This document shows, piece by piece, positions 54,703 to 54,885 of a stretch of 54,885 nt of DNA (its first letter is position 1; the number at the start of each line of letters is the position of its first letter). The notes beneath the pieces are model-generated. The model saw nothing but the letters and a program-made list of their open reading frames with translations, made no database searches and was not told the DNA's origin. This DNA is from Halobacteriovoraceae bacterium (GTDB lineage: Bacteria; Bdellovibrionota; Bacteriovoracia; Bacteriovoracales; Bacteriovoracaceae). The stretch is taken from assembly GCA_002715375.1 (NCBI GenBank), contig PAZA01000005.1:1-54885 (forward strand), in the 5' to 3' direction. Both the position numbers and the translations under genes were made by a program.

Positions 54703-54885
54703 GTGGCGCGAAGAATTTTTGTTTTTTGCATGTTAGGCCTCGTAAAAACCATAGGTCATCTATTTTTTTCATTCGATAAGAAAACAACTGATGGGAAAGA
54801 AACTGACTGGAGTTCCGTCAATGTCATTGCCTGGATTAACCACACCTCTCTTTTTGATCTTTTTCTTATTTGTGTTTTTCCCTAT
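54703..54885 (+). CDS. 5' part of a PlsC-like (lysophospholipid) acyltransferase, truncated by the window edge
   Basis: The ORF is open from the stop at 54682-54684 to the window end. GTG 54703 lies 6 nt after AAGGAT; ATG 54730 is an alternative start. The translation ...SSVNVIAWINHTSLFDLFLICVFPY contains the acyltransferase N-H-x-S-x-x-D (H-x4-D) block. Not in the ORF track. Confidence 0.45.
   Translation, partial: MARRIFVFCMLGLVKTIGHLFFSFDKKTTDGKETDWSSVNVIAWINHTSLFDLFLICVFPY

Noticed and set aside
1-54885. CRISPR arrays, rRNA/tRNA genes, IS elements, prophage or toxin-antitoxin/defence-island signatures
   Set aside because: I saw no regularly spaced direct repeats, no transposase, integrase, recombinase or phage structural motifs, and no typical defence ATPase/nuclease pairs. 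The gene content is housekeeping and envelope-related throughout.

Overview
This is a dense, AT-rich bacterial chromosomal window with about 55 CDS. The organism is diderm: many signal peptides, lipoboxes, a Bat/MoxR envelope operon, PlsB and RpoH. A proteobacterial or Bdellovibrionota-like origin is my inference only. I found no rRNA, tRNA, CRISPR array, transposase, integrase or prophage genes, so this looks like core genome rather than an island.

Content, left to right:
- An Hsp20 3' fragment, an App1-like HAD phosphatase, a C45 Ntn-hydrolase and a convergent gingipain-like C25 peptidase.
- An orphan beta-class DNA methyltransferase, then rpsU.
- A minus-strand block: rpoH-like sigma, rpsO, a structured leader, pnp, dut, a small PHA-system-like protein and a 2Fe-2S ferredoxin with a long basic tail.
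- Two large secreted unknowns, then HU.
- A class II aldolase plus mtnA pair.
- An 11-kb, nine-gene MoxR/DUF58/VWA 'Bat' operon, led by a thioredoxin-BatD fusion.
- A SAM methyltransferase, a YciA thioesterase, a monothiol DsbA-like protein, an OmpR/HK pair and a HAD hydrolase.
- A nitrogen block: amt, a NarL-type regulator, eukaryote-type GSII and a full-length animal-type (GLS-like) glutaminase with ankyrin repeats.
- lipA-lipB, followed by a receiver-YyaL pair.
- A LysM protein, then mmsA, a second YyaL paralogue with a degenerate CXXC, and plsB.
- A glycerophosphodiesterase, a small lipoprotein and a truncated PlsC-like acyltransferase at the right edge.

The most unusual items are:
- the metazoan-architecture glutaminase sitting next to GSII;
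- the redox-decorated Bat operon (TlpA-like thioredoxin fused to a BatD-like module, plus an inserted SurA/parvulin-like chaperone);
- the two diverged YyaL paralogues;
- several proteins carrying long low-complexity charged extensions.

All homology calls come from motif recognition by eye. No database search was run.
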